64,000 bases of DNA from an uncultured delta proteobacterium (lineage in GTDB: Bacteria > Myxococcota_A > Polyangia > Polyangiales > B10-G4): assembly GCA_963727445.1 (NCBI GenBank), contig CAVSGI010000020.1, forward strand, positions 672,001 to 736,000, given 5' to 3'. Of this stretch, positions 1 through 10,635 are shown piece by piece. The notes below the pieces were generated by a model. The model had not been told where the DNA came from, searched no databases, and saw only the letters and a list, made by a program, of their open reading frames with translations. The position numbers and the translations under genes were made by a program. Numbering within the stretch: position 1 is the first letter of the stretch; the number at the start of each line of letters is the position of its first letter.

Positions 1-1
1 C

Positions 2-301
2 GCCGACGTCGTCGCGAAGCGCTCGGGCACGACCCGCGTTCGCGTCGAGGCGGTGATGCCCGAGTGGATGTCGGTGAACGAGCTCGTGGTCTTCGTCGAC
101 GGCGAGCGCGTCCTCGAGACCGAGCTCGAGACGCATGCGCCACCGCGCTCGCCGGCTTCCGCCGCGCGTCGCGCGAGCTCCCGCTCCTGCCGCCAGGGCC
201 GGCCGCCGCGCTCCTCGGGATGCGCGTCGTGCATCGTGCAGCTAGGCCTCCCTACGGTCTTCATTGGGCAACGCGGTGAACGGCAGATCACGCGAATGTG
301 A
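2..301 (+). CDS. 5'-truncated ORF (C-terminal end of a larger protein, possibly CehA/McbA-type metallohydrolase); 3' end may be frameshifted
   Basis: Open from the window edge; 'VRVEAVMPEWMSVNELVVFVDGERV' has GC3-rich codons; coding signal degrades after about 140. Confidence 0.4.
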   Translation, partial: ADVVAKRSGTTRVRVEAVMPEWMSVNELVVFVDGERVLETELETHAPPRSPASAARRASSRSCRQGRPPRSSGCASCIVQLGLPTVFIGQRGERQITRM

Positions 302-410
302 AGGTTTGGGCTCGAGGGGGGAAGGTCACCACGCCGACCCGTTTCGTTTCCCGGCTTTTCACCGAGCGGAAACCAGGAAGAAACGAGAGGCCCCTAGAGT
401 CGTCTCCATC

Positions 411-551
411 ATGTTCTTGCGTGCACTGTCGCTTCCCGTCGATCTGGCACATTACTCCGTCGGCTCGGTGGTCGTGCTCACCCAGCTCCTGGCCATCGGA
501 TGGGCGTCGGCGCGTGAGCTCGAGCGGAAGCGTCACCACGAGGTTCGATAG
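411..551 (+). CDS. possible small membrane peptide (46 aa)
   Basis: ATG 411, hydrophobic 'VGSVVVLTQLLAIGW' then basic tail; TAGAGT at 395-400 upstream. Confidence 0.25.
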   Translation: MFLRALSLPVDLAHYSVGSVVVLTQLLAIGWASARELERKRHHEVR

Positions 552-1138
552 CGAACCACGCCCGCCGTTTCGTCGATCTCGACGACATCGACGGCCGAGC
601 TCTCGCCTCCGCCGCCGACGTGGAGCGCCGCGAGCTGGCAGCCCTGAAGCCCCTCCACGTACGTGATGAACCGGTAGGTCTCCGCCGGAAAACCCCTGAG
701 GACCACGTCGAGGGTGCGTCGCTCCTCCCAGCCCTCCTCGTCGGTCCGTGGATGGAGGGTGCCGAGCCGCTGGGTGAGAAGGGCGTAGACCCGGGATCCT
801 TGTTTCAGCAGGGCGCCGGGCCCGCCGCTGAAGAGATCCAGAGTCATCCGCGTGAAGCCGCGCAGGATGGGTCGGGCGAAAGCGGCATCCATGACGCGGG
901 TCCATATCCGCACGCTCTCCTCGGGGCCGAGGACGTTCCGCACCGCCTCGGAGAGGTCCATGTGGGCCTCCATCGAGACGTAGGCGATGGGAAGCGCGGC
1001 GTCGATTTCGGACAGGTGGGCTGGCTGAACCCGATCGAGGATCTTGCGCGGCTCGTCGCCGCCGCGGACCGCGTCCAAGAGGGCCTTGGCCAGGACGCCG
1101 CGGATCCGGGCCGTCGTCGGGGGGATGCTTGCGGTCAC
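533..1138 (-). CDS. myxobacterial hypothetical protein (DUF2378/TIGR02265-like, HNOB/V4R-like fold)
   Basis: 'ARIRGVLAKALLDAV...LPIAYVSMEAH...VVRYRTSW' pattern with terminal W; start approximate (GTG 1138). Confidence 0.6.
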   Translation of the reverse strand: MTASIPPTTARIRGVLAKALLDAVRGGDEPRKILDRVQPAHLSEIDAALPIAYVSMEAHMDLSEAVRNVLGPEESVRIWTRVMDAAFARPILRGFTRMTLDLFSGGPGALLKQGSRVYALLTQRLGTLHPRTDEEGWEERRTLDVVLRGFPAETYRFITYVEGLQGCQLAALHVGGGGESSAVDVVEIDETAGVVRYRTSW

Positions 1139-1218
1139 GGGTCCTGGGGCAGTGTGGGCGTATCGCCCGGCCACGGCAACGGGCTGGCCGTCCCGTCGTC
1201 GGGGACTATGTCAGGCCC

Positions 1219-3330
1219 ATGAAGAGTGAGGAAATCGTCCGCGCGCTCGGGGGCGGCAAGCCGGTGGTCGTGATGGGAGTGCCGTCCGCGCGGGTTCCCG
1301 GACACCGAATCATCGTGAGCGCCGACGCCGCGGACGCCACGCTCGGTCCTCTGGAAGAGGCGCGCATGGACGCCGCCGTGGCGCTCGGCGAGGACACCCG
1401 AAGCGAGCTCGCCATGCGGATCGCCATGAGCGAGCGCCGGCGTATTCTCGGTCCTCATTGGGAGGCCCACGCCGCCGCGGCCTTCGTCGACACCATGAAC
1501 CGTCTTCGCGAGGTCGACCCCGAGGCCGTTCTGCAGCTCGACCACGCCGAGGCGCTCGACGAAGCGACTGTGGAGACGCTGGCGGAGGTCTTCGCGCGCG
1601 AGGGATGGCTGAAGCTGCCCTTCGTCCTGTGCTTCGACGAGCCGCTTTCGCCCGCCGCCTCCACGCTTCTCACCCGGCTCGAGGCCGCGGGCGCTCCACG
1701 CGTCAGGGTCCAGAAGAGCACGCGCCCGCCCACCGAGCCCTTCGACGTCTCCCGCCTCGACGCCGACTCCCGGCGCATTCTGCGGACGACCGTCGTCCTC
1801 GGGCCGCGCTTCGCGGCCTCTGACGTCGCGGCGCTCCTCGGTGTGACGCCTCTGTGGGTGGCGGAGCATCTGCAGCGCGCTGCCGACCAGGGCGCGCCCC
1901 TCGCCGACCACGGAGACGGTCGCTTCGAGGTGCCGATGGGTCTTGTCGAAGCGCTGGGGGAGCGGATGCTTCCATCGCTGGTGACGCTCCTTCATCGGCA
2001 GCGCGCCGAGCTCTTGAGCCGGGGCCACGCGCCTCAGCCGCCAAAGGACCCGAAGCGCGTCTCCGTGATGCCCGAAGCATCGCGCCCCCGTTACGACGAC
2101 GTCTTCGAGGGGAGCGAGGCGAAGGAGGCGAAGGCCGCCGAGGCGATCCCCGAGCCCGAACGCGCGGTGCCGCGCCCCGAGGCGCCGAGGCCCTCGCGGC
2201 GTGAGGGGGCGGATCGGGTGCGCGCGGCGCGCCACTTCGAAAAGGCGGGGCAGCGCGTCCACGCGATCGAGCAGCTGCGCGCGGGCGCGGAGGACGCGGC
2301 GATCCACGGGGACCCGCGGCGAGGCCTCGCGCTCCTCGAGCGCGCCGAGCGCATGGTGATCGAGATGCCGAAGGGTGCGCAGCGCGAGACGCTTCACGCA
2401 CAGATCGCGCTGTCGATCGGCGAGATCCTGTGGCGCGGCGCGGTCCTCGGCCCGCCCTTCACCCTCGACGCCGCCCTCGAGGCCGTCGAGGCGGCTGCCC
2501 GGCATCTGCCCGACGATCCCGACCCCGAGCTCAGCTCCGACATCGCGCGCATGCGCGCCGGGGTGCTCTACGACCGTGGGGACGTGCACTCCCTCGACGC
2601 TGCGATCGCTTCGCTCAGCGAGGCGGTGCGCGCGCTGTCCTCTGCTGGCCGGCCGCGCGAGGCCGCCGAGCTGCTCAACGATCAGGCGGCCGTCTACCTG
2701 CGGGCGGGCGATCCTGTGCGTGCCTTCCACCTCCTCTCGCGCTCGCAGGAGGTGTTCGAGAAGATCCGCGCGACGGATCCGAACGATCTCACCGCTGCCA
2801 TCGAGCTCGCCGAGACCGACCATCTGCTGGCGAAGCTGCCGCTGCATGCCCCGCTGCGCCCGGGCAAGGAGCAGGACGCCTACGGCTCCGCGCTCGACCA
2901 TGCGATCGCCGCCGAGCGCGTGTTCCGCAAGATCGAGGACGTGCATGCCCTGGGGCGCGTGTGGGAGACCATGGGACGGCTCGAGACCCTGCGAGGTCGC
3001 GGCGAGCAGGCGACGGCTCATCTCGAGCGCGCCTTCGACTTGCAGCGGCGCACGGGCGACGTGGTCGGCCTCGCGCGCACCACGGCCGCGCTCTCGGACG
3101 CCTGCTTCGAGACCGAGCGCGCCGAAGACGCTCTGGGCCTGCTCGCGGACTCGATCGAGCTCAACGCGCGCAAGGGCTCCGCGATCGGCCTGGCCTACAA
3201 CCGCCTCGCCGTCGCCGCCGCCCAGAAGCGCCTGGGCGACGGCAAGCTCGAAGCGGCGGTGGCGTCGGTCGCCGGCCTGCTCGGGGAGGCCGAGGAGATG
3301 GTGGGCCGGGTGCCGGTCCCCGGCACCTGA
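1219..3330 (+). CDS. TPR-repeat protein with degenerate NTPase-like/winged-helix N-terminal half
   Basis: 'VLQLDHAEALDEATVETL' Walker-B-like segment, 'VLGPRF..DVAALLG' helix region, C-terminal TPR-like repeats ('AAELLNDQAAVYLRAGDPVRA', 'LGRVWETMGRLE'). Confidence 0.75.
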   Translation: MKSEEIVRALGGGKPVVVMGVPSARVPGHRIIVSADAADATLGPLEEARMDAAVALGEDTRSELAMRIAMSERRRILGPHWEAHAAAAFVDTMNRLREVDPEAVLQLDHAEALDEATVETLAEVFAREGWLKLPFVLCFDEPLSPAASTLLTRLEAAGAPRVRVQKSTRPPTEPFDVSRLDADSRRILRTTVVLGPRFAASDVAALLGVTPLWVAEHLQRAADQGAPLADHGDGRFEVPMGLVEALGERMLPSLVTLLHRQRAELLSRGHAPQPPKDPKRVSVMPEASRPRYDDVFEGSEAKEAKAAEAIPEPERAVPRPEAPRPSRREGADRVRAARHFEKAGQRVHAIEQLRAGAEDAAIHGDPRRGLALLERAERMVIEMPKGAQRETLHAQIALSIGEILWRGAVLGPPFTLDAALEAVEAAARHLPDDPDPELSSDIARMRAGVLYDRGDVHSLDAAIASLSEAVRALSSAGRPREAAELLNDQAAVYLRAGDPVRAFHLLSRSQEVFEKIRATDPNDLTAAIELAETDHLLAKLPLHAPLRPGKEQDAYGSALDHAIAAERVFRKIEDVHALGRVWETMGRLETLRGRGEQATAHLERAFDLQRRTGDVVGLARTTAALSDACFETERAEDALGLLADSIELNARKGSAIGLAYNRLAVAAAQKRLGDGKLEAAVASVAGLLGEAEEMVGRVPVPGT

Positions 3331-3331
3331 G

Positions 3332-3775
3332 TCACTTCGCGACGCCCTCGAGCTCGGCCCGCGTCGGCGCACCGCAGGCGAGCCATTCGCCGAGGAGCGT
3401 GCGCTCCGCGGCGCCCGGTCCGCCGGCGGGCGGCATGGTGCGGTTCTGATCGCCGGCGCGCATCCAGACGCGCTCGAGGTGGGCCTTCACCGCGTCGTCG
3501 GAGTTGAAGTCGATCCCCATCGGCGCACCGAGGCGATGCTCCTGCGGCAGATCCGCCGAGTGACAGCCGGTGCACCAGTCGCGCATGAAGGGGTCACCGA
3601 AGTTCTCCCAGGTGAGGAAGCTGTCCTCGGGGCACGGCCGATCGGTGAGCGAGGCGTAGGCCCCGTCGTCGGGTGGGCCTGCCGGGCCGATGCCGGCATC
3701 GGCGACGCAGGCCGAGGCCAGCGCGGCGAGCCCGAGGGTCGCCAGCCAGAGGAGCGGCTCACGCGCGGAAGCCAT
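3332..3775 (-). CDS. c-type cytochrome lipoprotein
   Basis: Lipobox LASAC, CxxCH 'WCTGCH', distal 'TMPP'. Confidence 0.85.
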   Translation of the reverse strand: MASAREPLLWLATLGLAALASACVADAGIGPAGPPDDGAYASLTDRPCPEDSFLTWENFGDPFMRDWCTGCHSADLPQEHRLGAPMGIDFNSDDAVKAHLERVWMRAGDQNRTMPPAGGPGAAERTLLGEWLACGAPTRAELEGVAK

Positions 3776-5027
3776 CGAAGACCTCCACGCCGGGCAGATA
3801 GGAAGCCGGGTCGACCCCGACGCTCGACAGGATCCCCGCGACGAGGTTGGCGGATTGGAGCTGGTTGCCGGTCGGCAGGGGCTCGCCCGTCGACAGGTCC
3901 ACCGAGAGGGCACCCAGCTCGTCGTCGGTGCCCCCGTAGACGCCGCTCGAGACGCCTGCGCCCATGACCATGCAGCTGGTGACAGGCCAGTGGTCTTTGC
4001 CGTTCTGTCCGTTCAGCCGCGGGGTACGTCCCATCTCGGAGAGCACCACCACCATGGTGGAGTCGAGGAGATCCGCGTTCGTCAGCTCTCGCATGAGGTT
4101 GTCGAGGGAGGCGAAGAGCCCGTCCTGGAAGCCGACCTGCGGTGTGTTGTCGGCGTGGGTGTCCCACTGATACGCGCTCTGGATCAGCGCCGTGTGCGAG
4201 AGGTCCTCGCTCAAGGCGCGGATCGCGAGCGGGATCTGCACGTCGAGGCTCAGCGTGTAGTTGCGGTCGCCGATGCTCGCGCCGTCGCGGACGAAGCGCG
4301 CCAGCTGATCGGAGCGCGTGAGGGAATCGACGAAGTCGTCGATGCGTCGCGCGTTCGCGCCGCGCTGGCCTCGGGTGGCGCGGAGCCGCTCGGCCGTCGC
4401 GTCCAGGTACGCCGCGACCAGCGCCTGTTCGCCGTCTTCGACGCGCAGGCCCGGGCTCGGCCGGATGCTGCCGGGCGCGAAATAGGCGGCGTTCGGGTCG
4501 ATGAGGGCGGACAGCTGATTGGTGGTGCCGGTGCGACCCGTGATGGCGGCGTATTGTCCGCTTCGGGCCTGGTCGCCGAGGGCGAGGTAGGGCACCGGCA
4601 TGTCGCGCCCGAGCTCGAAGGCGGCGATGGCGCCCATGTCCGGCGTGGACTCCGACGGGCTGCCGGTCATCATCCGCTTGATGCAGTCGGTGTGCACGAA
4701 GGAGCGCACCTGCACCCCGTTGATGATCGCGGTCTGGTCGGCCCAGCGCATGAAGAAGGCGTCGACGTTGGGGCGCGTGTCGGGGTTGGACCACCAGGTC
4801 AGGGCGCCGGTCGAGTTGTAGTCACCATCGGCGACGTCGACGAGCGGCAGGCTCGGCTTGGGGTCGAGGGTGACCGTGGTGTCCCAGCCGCCGTAGTTGA
4901 GCACCATGAGCAGGTTCTTCACCGAGCCCGGCCCTTCGGCGCGCGCCTTCGGCATGACCGAGGGCAGGGCGGCACAGGCGGCGGCCGCCAGGCCTCCACG
5001 AATGATGTTGCGTCGTGAGATCTTCAT
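3759..5027 (-). CDS. DUF1501 family protein, Tat-exported
   Basis: 'SRRNII' twin-arginine signal; 'GGWDT','WDTH','SEMGRTP..N...GKDHW' motifs; SD GAGGAG upstream. Confidence 0.9.
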   Translation of the reverse strand: MKISRRNIIRGGLAAAACAALPSVMPKARAEGPGSVKNLLMVLNYGGWDTTVTLDPKPSLPLVDVADGDYNSTGALTWWSNPDTRPNVDAFFMRWADQTAIINGVQVRSFVHTDCIKRMMTGSPSESTPDMGAIAAFELGRDMPVPYLALGDQARSGQYAAITGRTGTTNQLSALIDPNAAYFAPGSIRPSPGLRVEDGEQALVAAYLDATAERLRATRGQRGANARRIDDFVDSLTRSDQLARFVRDGASIGDRNYTLSLDVQIPLAIRALSEDLSHTALIQSAYQWDTHADNTPQVGFQDGLFASLDNLMRELTNADLLDSTMVVVLSEMGRTPRLNGQNGKDHWPVTSCMVMGAGVSSGVYGGTDDELGALSVDLSTGEPLPTGNQLQSANLVAGILSSVGVDPASYLPGVEVFDGFRA

Positions 5028-5038
5028 CGTGGTTCTCC

Positions 5039-6727
5039 TCAGTAGTAGGCGATGCGAATGTCTTGGAGCATGGCGAAGAGCGTGACCTTCCATGCGCGCA
5101 CGGGGTCGTCGCTGGTGGCCAGCGCGCCGGAGAAGACCGCCCACGCGGCGTCGACGTCCTCCGCCAACTCCTCGTGGTCGACGCCGTAGAAGCGGAGCGC
5201 CAGGTCGGCGAGTTGCGCGCGTATCTCGGTCTCGTCGCTGGTCTCGGGCTCCACCGAACGAAGCAGCCACCGACGCGTGGGGTCGGTCTCCGCGAAGTCG
5301 GCATCGACCGCGTACGGCGCGGCCTGAGCGGCGAGCCCGCGAAGCACCAACGAGGCGGTGGCTGTCATGGTGTAGGCCGGGCGCGTGACGTTCTGGCCGT
5401 CGGTGCCGCCCGCGAGCACGTCGAAGCCGAAGAAGGAGTCGGTCATCAGGTCGATGTCGCCGATGTTGCCCCCGCCCAGATCTGCGTTGAGACGGGTGCG
5501 CCAGCGATATCCGGTGAGATCTTCGACCAGGCGCGCGAGCTGCTCGGGGCGGGTCTTCATGATGCCGTGCAGCGCGTCTGCGCCGTCCTCGACCGTCGCG
5601 TGAGAGACGCGGAACTCGTCCGAGAGGACGACCGCGCGCGCCAGGGCCTTCGCGCTCTGAGCGTTCACCAGGAAGACGTCGTTGAGGCGAGAGACCACGT
5701 CGAGGGGAACCTGCTCACTCGGTACCTGGGCCAGATACGAGTAGAAGCGCCGCGCTGTGCAGGTGGAGAAGCGGGGGTCGGAGGCGATGAGCACCCCGAG
5801 GTCGCGGACGTTCAGGGAGGGCTCGCCGAAGAAAGCGGTGTCCGCGTAGTTGCTGAACGACGCATAGGGATTGACCGCGAACTCGAAGGGATACGACTCG
5901 ATCTGAGCCGGAACGTAGATCGGGTAGTAATCGGCGAAGTGCGCTGCCAGCGGGTCGAGGGTCTGATGACAGCTGACGCACGCCGGGTTGTTCTCGATGG
6001 CGTTGGCGACCGCGTCGTCGTCGGAGAGGTCGATGCTGGTGTCGATCTCGACCTCTCGCGACAGGAAGTCGTAGCAGAGGAAGGAACGCGCCACGAAGGC
6101 CGCCCGGCCGCGGCTCTTGTTCGAGAAGGTGCTGGAGTGTCGCGTGAAGAGGTAGCTGTCGGCGAGGACGCCCGCGTGGGGCCGTCCGTCGGAGAAGTGG
6201 GTCTCTATCCATTCGCCCGATTCGGTGTCCCCGTCGTAGGGGATCCCGAAGATGGTGGCGACGATCGGATCGACGTAGGTGTAATCACCGGTGACGATCT
6301 CGTGGTACGGCCGGTCGTTCATCACCACGTGCTCGGCGTAACGTCCGGGAGCCTCCACCACCGACAGATTGATCTGCTGCACGTCCATGCCCTCGAGTGG
6401 GCCCGTGGCGGGAAAGCCCGCTGGGAAGACGGCGGCGTCGACGTTGGCGAGGAGCTGCGCGGAGTGCATCTCGCGTACGGTCAGTCCGAACTCGTCGCTG
6501 TCGAGGTAGTAGTCGACGATGGCGGGCAGCACGTCCGGGTCGGCATTCACGGCTTCGAGCTCGTCGAGCGACGGCCGGATCCCGCGGAGGGCCATGGAGG
6601 CGCGGACCAGATGCTGGGCCGGCGTGAGGTAAGCGACGCCGTCGTCCGCCGTGGGTGAGGGGTCGCCCGTGCTGGCGCACGCCGCGGCGAGGAAGAGCGG
6701 CACGAGGGAAACGACGAAGCGACTCAC
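5039..6727 (-). CDS. heme-c-motif lipoprotein (DUF1549/DUF1588/DUF1585-like), DUF1501 partner
   Basis: Lipobox LAAAC; 'RASMALRGIRPS'; 'CVSCHQTLDPLA'. Confidence 0.8.
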   Translation of the reverse strand: MSRFVVSLVPLFLAAACASTGDPSPTADDGVAYLTPAQHLVRASMALRGIRPSLDELEAVNADPDVLPAIVDYYLDSDEFGLTVREMHSAQLLANVDAAVFPAGFPATGPLEGMDVQQINLSVVEAPGRYAEHVVMNDRPYHEIVTGDYTYVDPIVATIFGIPYDGDTESGEWIETHFSDGRPHAGVLADSYLFTRHSSTFSNKSRGRAAFVARSFLCYDFLSREVEIDTSIDLSDDDAVANAIENNPACVSCHQTLDPLAAHFADYYPIYVPAQIESYPFEFAVNPYASFSNYADTAFFGEPSLNVRDLGVLIASDPRFSTCTARRFYSYLAQVPSEQVPLDVVSRLNDVFLVNAQSAKALARAVVLSDEFRVSHATVEDGADALHGIMKTRPEQLARLVEDLTGYRWRTRLNADLGGGNIGDIDLMTDSFFGFDVLAGGTDGQNVTRPAYTMTATASLVLRGLAAQAAPYAVDADFAETDPTRRWLLRSVEPETSDETEIRAQLADLALRFYGVDHEELAEDVDAAWAVFSGALATSDDPVRAWKVTLFAMLQDIRIAYY

Positions 6728-7437
6728 GATGCACCTCCATCCACGCCAGCGTCGCTGGTGCCCACGTCCGGCGCGGGCGCTTCTGCGTCACCCATGCTGG
6801 CGTCGTCCATGCCGCCGTCGCCGGCTGGCGCATCCGCCTCGGTGTAACACTCGCCGATGTCGCCCGCGGTCACGTCGAAGCATTCGGGTGCGAGCGTGGT
6901 GCCGCACATGAACATCGCGCCGAGCTCGTCCGCGCACTGGTCTTGGATGCAGCTGTCGCCGCCACCGCCGGGACAGTGATCGACGATGCAGCAGTAGAAT
7001 GCAGCGACCTCGGTGTCGCAGCCGTCGCGGTCGAGGCAGGCGATGAGCTGGGAGAAGATGCAGTCGTTGCAGCCGACCGTGCCGCCGCCCTCGGTCGTGT
7101 AGCGCGGCGTCTCGTCCGAGGCCCAGCAGTCGTTGCGGCAGCTATCGCCGTCCGAGCCTTCCGGGCAGCTCTCGACGCAGTCGCGCGTGGCTGCGGTGCA
7201 ACGGGGCAGCGCCTCCCCCGGCAGCGGCATGGCCTCGTAGCAGACGCGATCCGATGCGCTCGCGCTGCCGTCTTCGCCGTAGCTCGCATCGGGTCGCGGC
7301 GGGATCCCCGCATCGGCTGGCATCCACGCCGCAGGCTCCCCGCCCACGTCGTCGGTCCCGTTTTCACACCCGGCGAGAGGGAGCGAGAGCAACCCCGCCA
7401 CCCCCCACATCGCCAAGAACGTCTTGCCCATTTCCAT
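6724..7437 (-). CDS. Cys-rich lipoprotein
   Basis: Lipobox LAGC; repeated CxxxC/CC spacing; acidic 'DAG' tail; SD GAGGAG upstream. Confidence 0.75.
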   Translation of the reverse strand: MEMGKTFLAMWGVAGLLSLPLAGCENGTDDVGGEPAAWMPADAGIPPRPDASYGEDGSASASDRVCYEAMPLPGEALPRCTAATRDCVESCPEGSDGDSCRNDCWASDETPRYTTEGGGTVGCNDCIFSQLIACLDRDGCDTEVAAFYCCIVDHCPGGGGDSCIQDQCADELGAMFMCGTTLAPECFDVTAGDIGECYTEADAPAGDGGMDDASMGDAEAPAPDVGTSDAGVDGGAS

Positions 7438-7478
7438 CCTCTCCTCTTCACCGCCTCGCGGCGTGTGTGAGCAGGTGG

Positions 7479-7493
7479 GCAAGATGCGGACCA
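7479..7493 (-). promoter_or_regulatory. sigma54 -24/-12 promoter
   Basis: Minus strand TGGTCCGCATCTTGC = GG-N10-GC with TT before GC, about 40 nt upstream of ATG 7437 and just downstream of a sigma54 activator gene. Confidence 0.7.
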
Positions 7494-7573
7494 TCCCGAA
7501 ATCGTTGATCAAACGATGCGGGCGATTGGTCTTCTGAGGCGGCGCTGCCTCACCCAGCCGAGGGGCCGCGCAC

Positions 7574-8917
7574 TCAGTCGAGCTTCTTCAGCATGCGCTT
7601 GTAGTGCATGCGTTCCATCCCGGCGGCGCGGGCGGCGCGGCTGATGTTGCCGCCATGGCGTTCGAGCTGCCCTTCGAGGTACGCGCGATCGAAGCGCGAG
7701 AGGAGCTCGGCCTTCTGCTCGCCATAGGGGCGCTCGAGATCCACGTCCCAACCCGCGGTGCCGACGGCGTTGGCGGGACCGGACTCCACCTCGAGATCGC
7801 GCGCGCCGAGCGCCAGGGAGCGCTCGATCACGTTGCGAAGCTCGCGGACGTTGCCGGGCCAGGGATGCGTCTCGAGGCGCTTCCAGTTCTCGCCGGTGAT
7901 CGAGGCGAGGACGCGGTCCGCCTCGGCGACGTCGTCGACGCGGCGGCGAACGAAGTGCTCGACGAGCATGCGGATGTCCTCGCGGCGCTCGCGCAGCGGA
8001 GGGACACGCACGCGGATCACGGCCAGGCGGTAGTAGAGATCTTCTCGAAAGACGCCGCGGTTCACCGCCTCGGCGAGATCGCGATTGGTGGCGGCGACGA
8101 TCCGCGCGTCGAAGGAGACGGCGTCCGTTCCTCCCACGCGGCGGAAGGTTCGGTCCTCGAGGAGGCGGAGGAGCTTCGGCTGGAGCTCGATGGGGAGCTC
8201 GCCAATCTCGTCGAGGAAGAGCGTCCCGCCATCGGCGGCCTCGCACTGCCCGACGCGCCGCTCGGTGGCGCCGGTGAAGGCGCCCTTTTCGTGACCGAAG
8301 AGTAGGCTCTCGAGGAGGTTGGCCGGCACCGCGCCGCAGTCCACCACCACGAAGGGGCCCTGCGCACGCTTGCTGCTGCGATGGACGGCCCGTGTGAGCA
8401 CCTCTTTTCCGGTGCCCGATTCGCCCTCGAAGAGGAGCGTCGCGTCGCTCTGGGCGGCCTTGTCGAGGAGGGCGAAGAGCTCGCGCATGGCCAGCGACTT
8501 CCCCACTGCGCCCGCGAAGGAGCTGTGCTCCGAGCGGGGGACGCGGGACTCGGCGTCGGTCGGCGTGAACAGGAAGGTGGTGTCTCCCGCGCGGATGGTC
8601 GAGCCCAGCCGAAGGTAGATGTCCTGGGCGCGGTAGCCGTCGACCCAGGTTCCGTTGCGGCTGCCCAGGTCGCGGAGCCGAAAGCCGTGAGCGTCGAGGA
8701 CGATCTCGAAGTGCAGGCGGCTCACCAGCTCGTCGCTGATCACCAGGTCCGCGCCCGGGCGCGAGCCCACGCGCACCACCTCTGCCGCAAAGGGATAGGG
8801 CTGGGGGCTTCCGCGGCCGGTCGTGACCTCGAGCAGGAAGCCGCGGATCGCTCGCGACTCCGGGACGCCGTCCTGCACGAAGGTGCGCGTCGCCCACGTA
8901 GTCTCGGCTCCCTTCAT
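7574..8917 (-). CDS. FHA-domain sigma54-dependent enhancer-binding protein
   Basis: FHA '[13 protein letters not shown]'; Walker [15 protein letters not shown]; 'LFLDEIGEL'; WPGNVREL; Fis HTH. Confidence 0.97.
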   Translation of the reverse strand: MKGAETTWATRTFVQDGVPESRAIRGFLLEVTTGRGSPQPYPFAAEVVRVGSRPGADLVISDELVSRLHFEIVLDAHGFRLRDLGSRNGTWVDGYRAQDIYLRLGSTIRAGDTTFLFTPTDAESRVPRSEHSSFAGAVGKSLAMRELFALLDKAAQSDATLLFEGESGTGKEVLTRAVHRSSKRAQGPFVVVDCGAVPANLLESLLFGHEKGAFTGATERRVGQCEAADGGTLFLDEIGELPIELQPKLLRLLEDRTFRRVGGTDAVSFDARIVAATNRDLAEAVNRGVFREDLYYRLAVIRVRVPPLRERREDIRMLVEHFVRRRVDDVAEADRVLASITGENWKRLETHPWPGNVRELRNVIERSLALGARDLEVESGPANAVGTAGWDVDLERPYGEQKAELLSRFDRAYLEGQLERHGGNISRAARAAGMERMHYKRMLKKLD

Positions 8918-10617
8918 CGCATCCCTCCACCCAGCGTGAGGCTCACCCTCTCGACCTCGCCCGCACCGACGTTCACCGTCGTCCGGGCTTCGAGCTCGGC
9001 CGCCGGGTTTTGCACGACGATCTGGTGACGTCCAGCTCGCACCGGGTGCCCGCGGAGCGTCGTTCGGCCGACGCGCTCCCCGTCGATGAAGACCCATCCC
9101 CACGGATCGCTCGCAACCCAGAGGGTTCCGTTCGCGGCGGCGCTCATCGTGGCGGCGCGTCGTCGTCGCATCGACGCGGGCGTGGCTGTCCGTGGTTGGG
9201 TGGGCGGCGCGGCTTCGGCCACCCCTTCGCCCTCGGCGTGTGGCGCCATGTCGACGGCTTTGGTCGTCTCGGCCTCTGCTTGGACCAGCACCGGGGTGAC
9301 CGGCGCCTGCTCCGCTACCCGTGCATCCACCGGCCGCGCGGCGTCGGCAGAGTCCGTCGCGGAAGTGGCTGCGATGACCACCGCCGCGACCACAGCCGCC
9401 GCGACGAAGATCGCGGCGACGAGGGCGGGGCGGCGCTTCGACCGCGGCGCCTGCTCCGCAACGATGGCGTCTGGGGCGTCCAAGGCGACAGGCGCCGCGG
9501 CCTCGGCTGTCACGGTGGGTGTTTCCGGCTCGGGCGCGGAGGCGCCGGTCACGAAGACGCTCACCGGCTCGTCGCTCGATACGCGGCGAAGCTCGGCGCC
9601 CAGGCGCAGGTCGAAGTCTTCCACCGGTGGCTTGTCAGCGAAGGTGGTCAGTCGCGTGTGGGAACGCGCTTCGGGTGTGTCTGGAGCGCCCTTCGGGGAC
9701 TCGCCCCCGAACTCTTCCTCGAGCTCTTGGATCAGGTCGGCGATGTCGGTGGTCGACAGGAGCCATCCGTTCCTCATCGCGAACGCTTCGAGGTCCTGAC
9801 GCATCACCGCGGCGCTCTCGTAGCGCTGCCCGGGCGCGGCCGACATGGCGCGGTCCACGATTCGTTCGAGCTCCGGGTCGACGTCGGGGCGGATCGCCGA
9901 GAGCTTCGCGCGCCGTCCGGCGAGGACGTCCGGGACCAGGGCGAGCTGATCGGGGCCGTCGAAGGGCCGCTTGCCGCCGAGGATCTCGAAGAGCACGACG
10001 CCCGCCGCATACACGTCCGCGCGCGCGTCCACCTGCTCGCCCCGGAGCTGCTCCGGTGCCATGTAGGCGATCTTGCCCTTGATGGTCCCCGCCATCGACT
10101 CGCCCGCCGCGAGCTCGCTCTTCGCGATACCGAAGTCGGTGAGCTTCACCTCGCCCTCGCGCGAGACCAATACGTTGCCCGGCGAGATGTCGCGGTGGAC
10201 GAGCCCGAGAGGGTTGCCTTCGTCATCCCGCCGGCGGTGTGCGTAATCGAGGCCCTTGAGCGCCTCCACCAGCGCCGTCACCGCGAGCCGTGGCGGCAAT
10301 GGACCGCCGCGGATCCGCTTGTGCGCCCGCGAGAGCTGACCCAGCGTCGGCCCATCGACGTACTCCATCGCGATGAACCAGCGCTCGTCCACCCGCCCGA
10401 CGTCGAAGGCATGGACCACGTTGGCGTGGGAGAGGGTCATCGCGAGGCGGGCCTCGTCGACGAACATGGTCACGAAATCTCCGCGGGCCGCCAGCTCTCC
10501 GCGCACGAGCTTCAGCGCTACCTTCTTGGTTGCGCCGCCCTCACCGACGAGACGGGCGCGATAGACCTCTCCCATCCCTCCCGAGGCGAGATGCTCGTCG
10601 ATGCGATAGCGCGCCAA
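8914..10617 (-). CDS. membrane Ser/Thr protein kinase with C-terminal PEGA domain
   Basis: [25 protein letters not shown] motifs; TM '[18 protein letters not shown]'; '[11 protein letters not shown]'; ATGA overlap with the EBP gene. Confidence 0.96.
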   Translation of the reverse strand: MARYRIDEHLASGGMGEVYRARLVGEGGATKKVALKLVRGELAARGDFVTMFVDEARLAMTLSHANVVHAFDVGRVDERWFIAMEYVDGPTLGQLSRAHKRIRGGPLPPRLAVTALVEALKGLDYAHRRRDDEGNPLGLVHRDISPGNVLVSREGEVKLTDFGIAKSELAAGESMAGTIKGKIAYMAPEQLRGEQVDARADVYAAGVVLFEILGGKRPFDGPDQLALVPDVLAGRRAKLSAIRPDVDPELERIVDRAMSAAPGQRYESAAVMRQDLEAFAMRNGWLLSTTDIADLIQELEEEFGGESPKGAPDTPEARSHTRLTTFADKPPVEDFDLRLGAELRRVSSDEPVSVFVTGASAPEPETPTVTAEAAAPVALDAPDAIVAEQAPRSKRRPALVAAIFVAAAVVAAVVIAATSATDSADAARPVDARVAEQAPVTPVLVQAEAETTKAVDMAPHAEGEGVAEAAPPTQPRTATPASMRRRRAATMSAAANGTLWVASDPWGWVFIDGERVGRTTLRGHPVRAGRHQIVVQNPAAELEARTTVNVGAGEVERVSLTLGGGMR

Positions 10618-10635
10618 AGCGCGCGGATCATACCG

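Noticed and set aside
340..385. Structured ncRNA (imperfect inverted repeat CGTTTC...GAAACG)
   Set aside because: No recognisable family; could be a simple terminator or operator, with too little support
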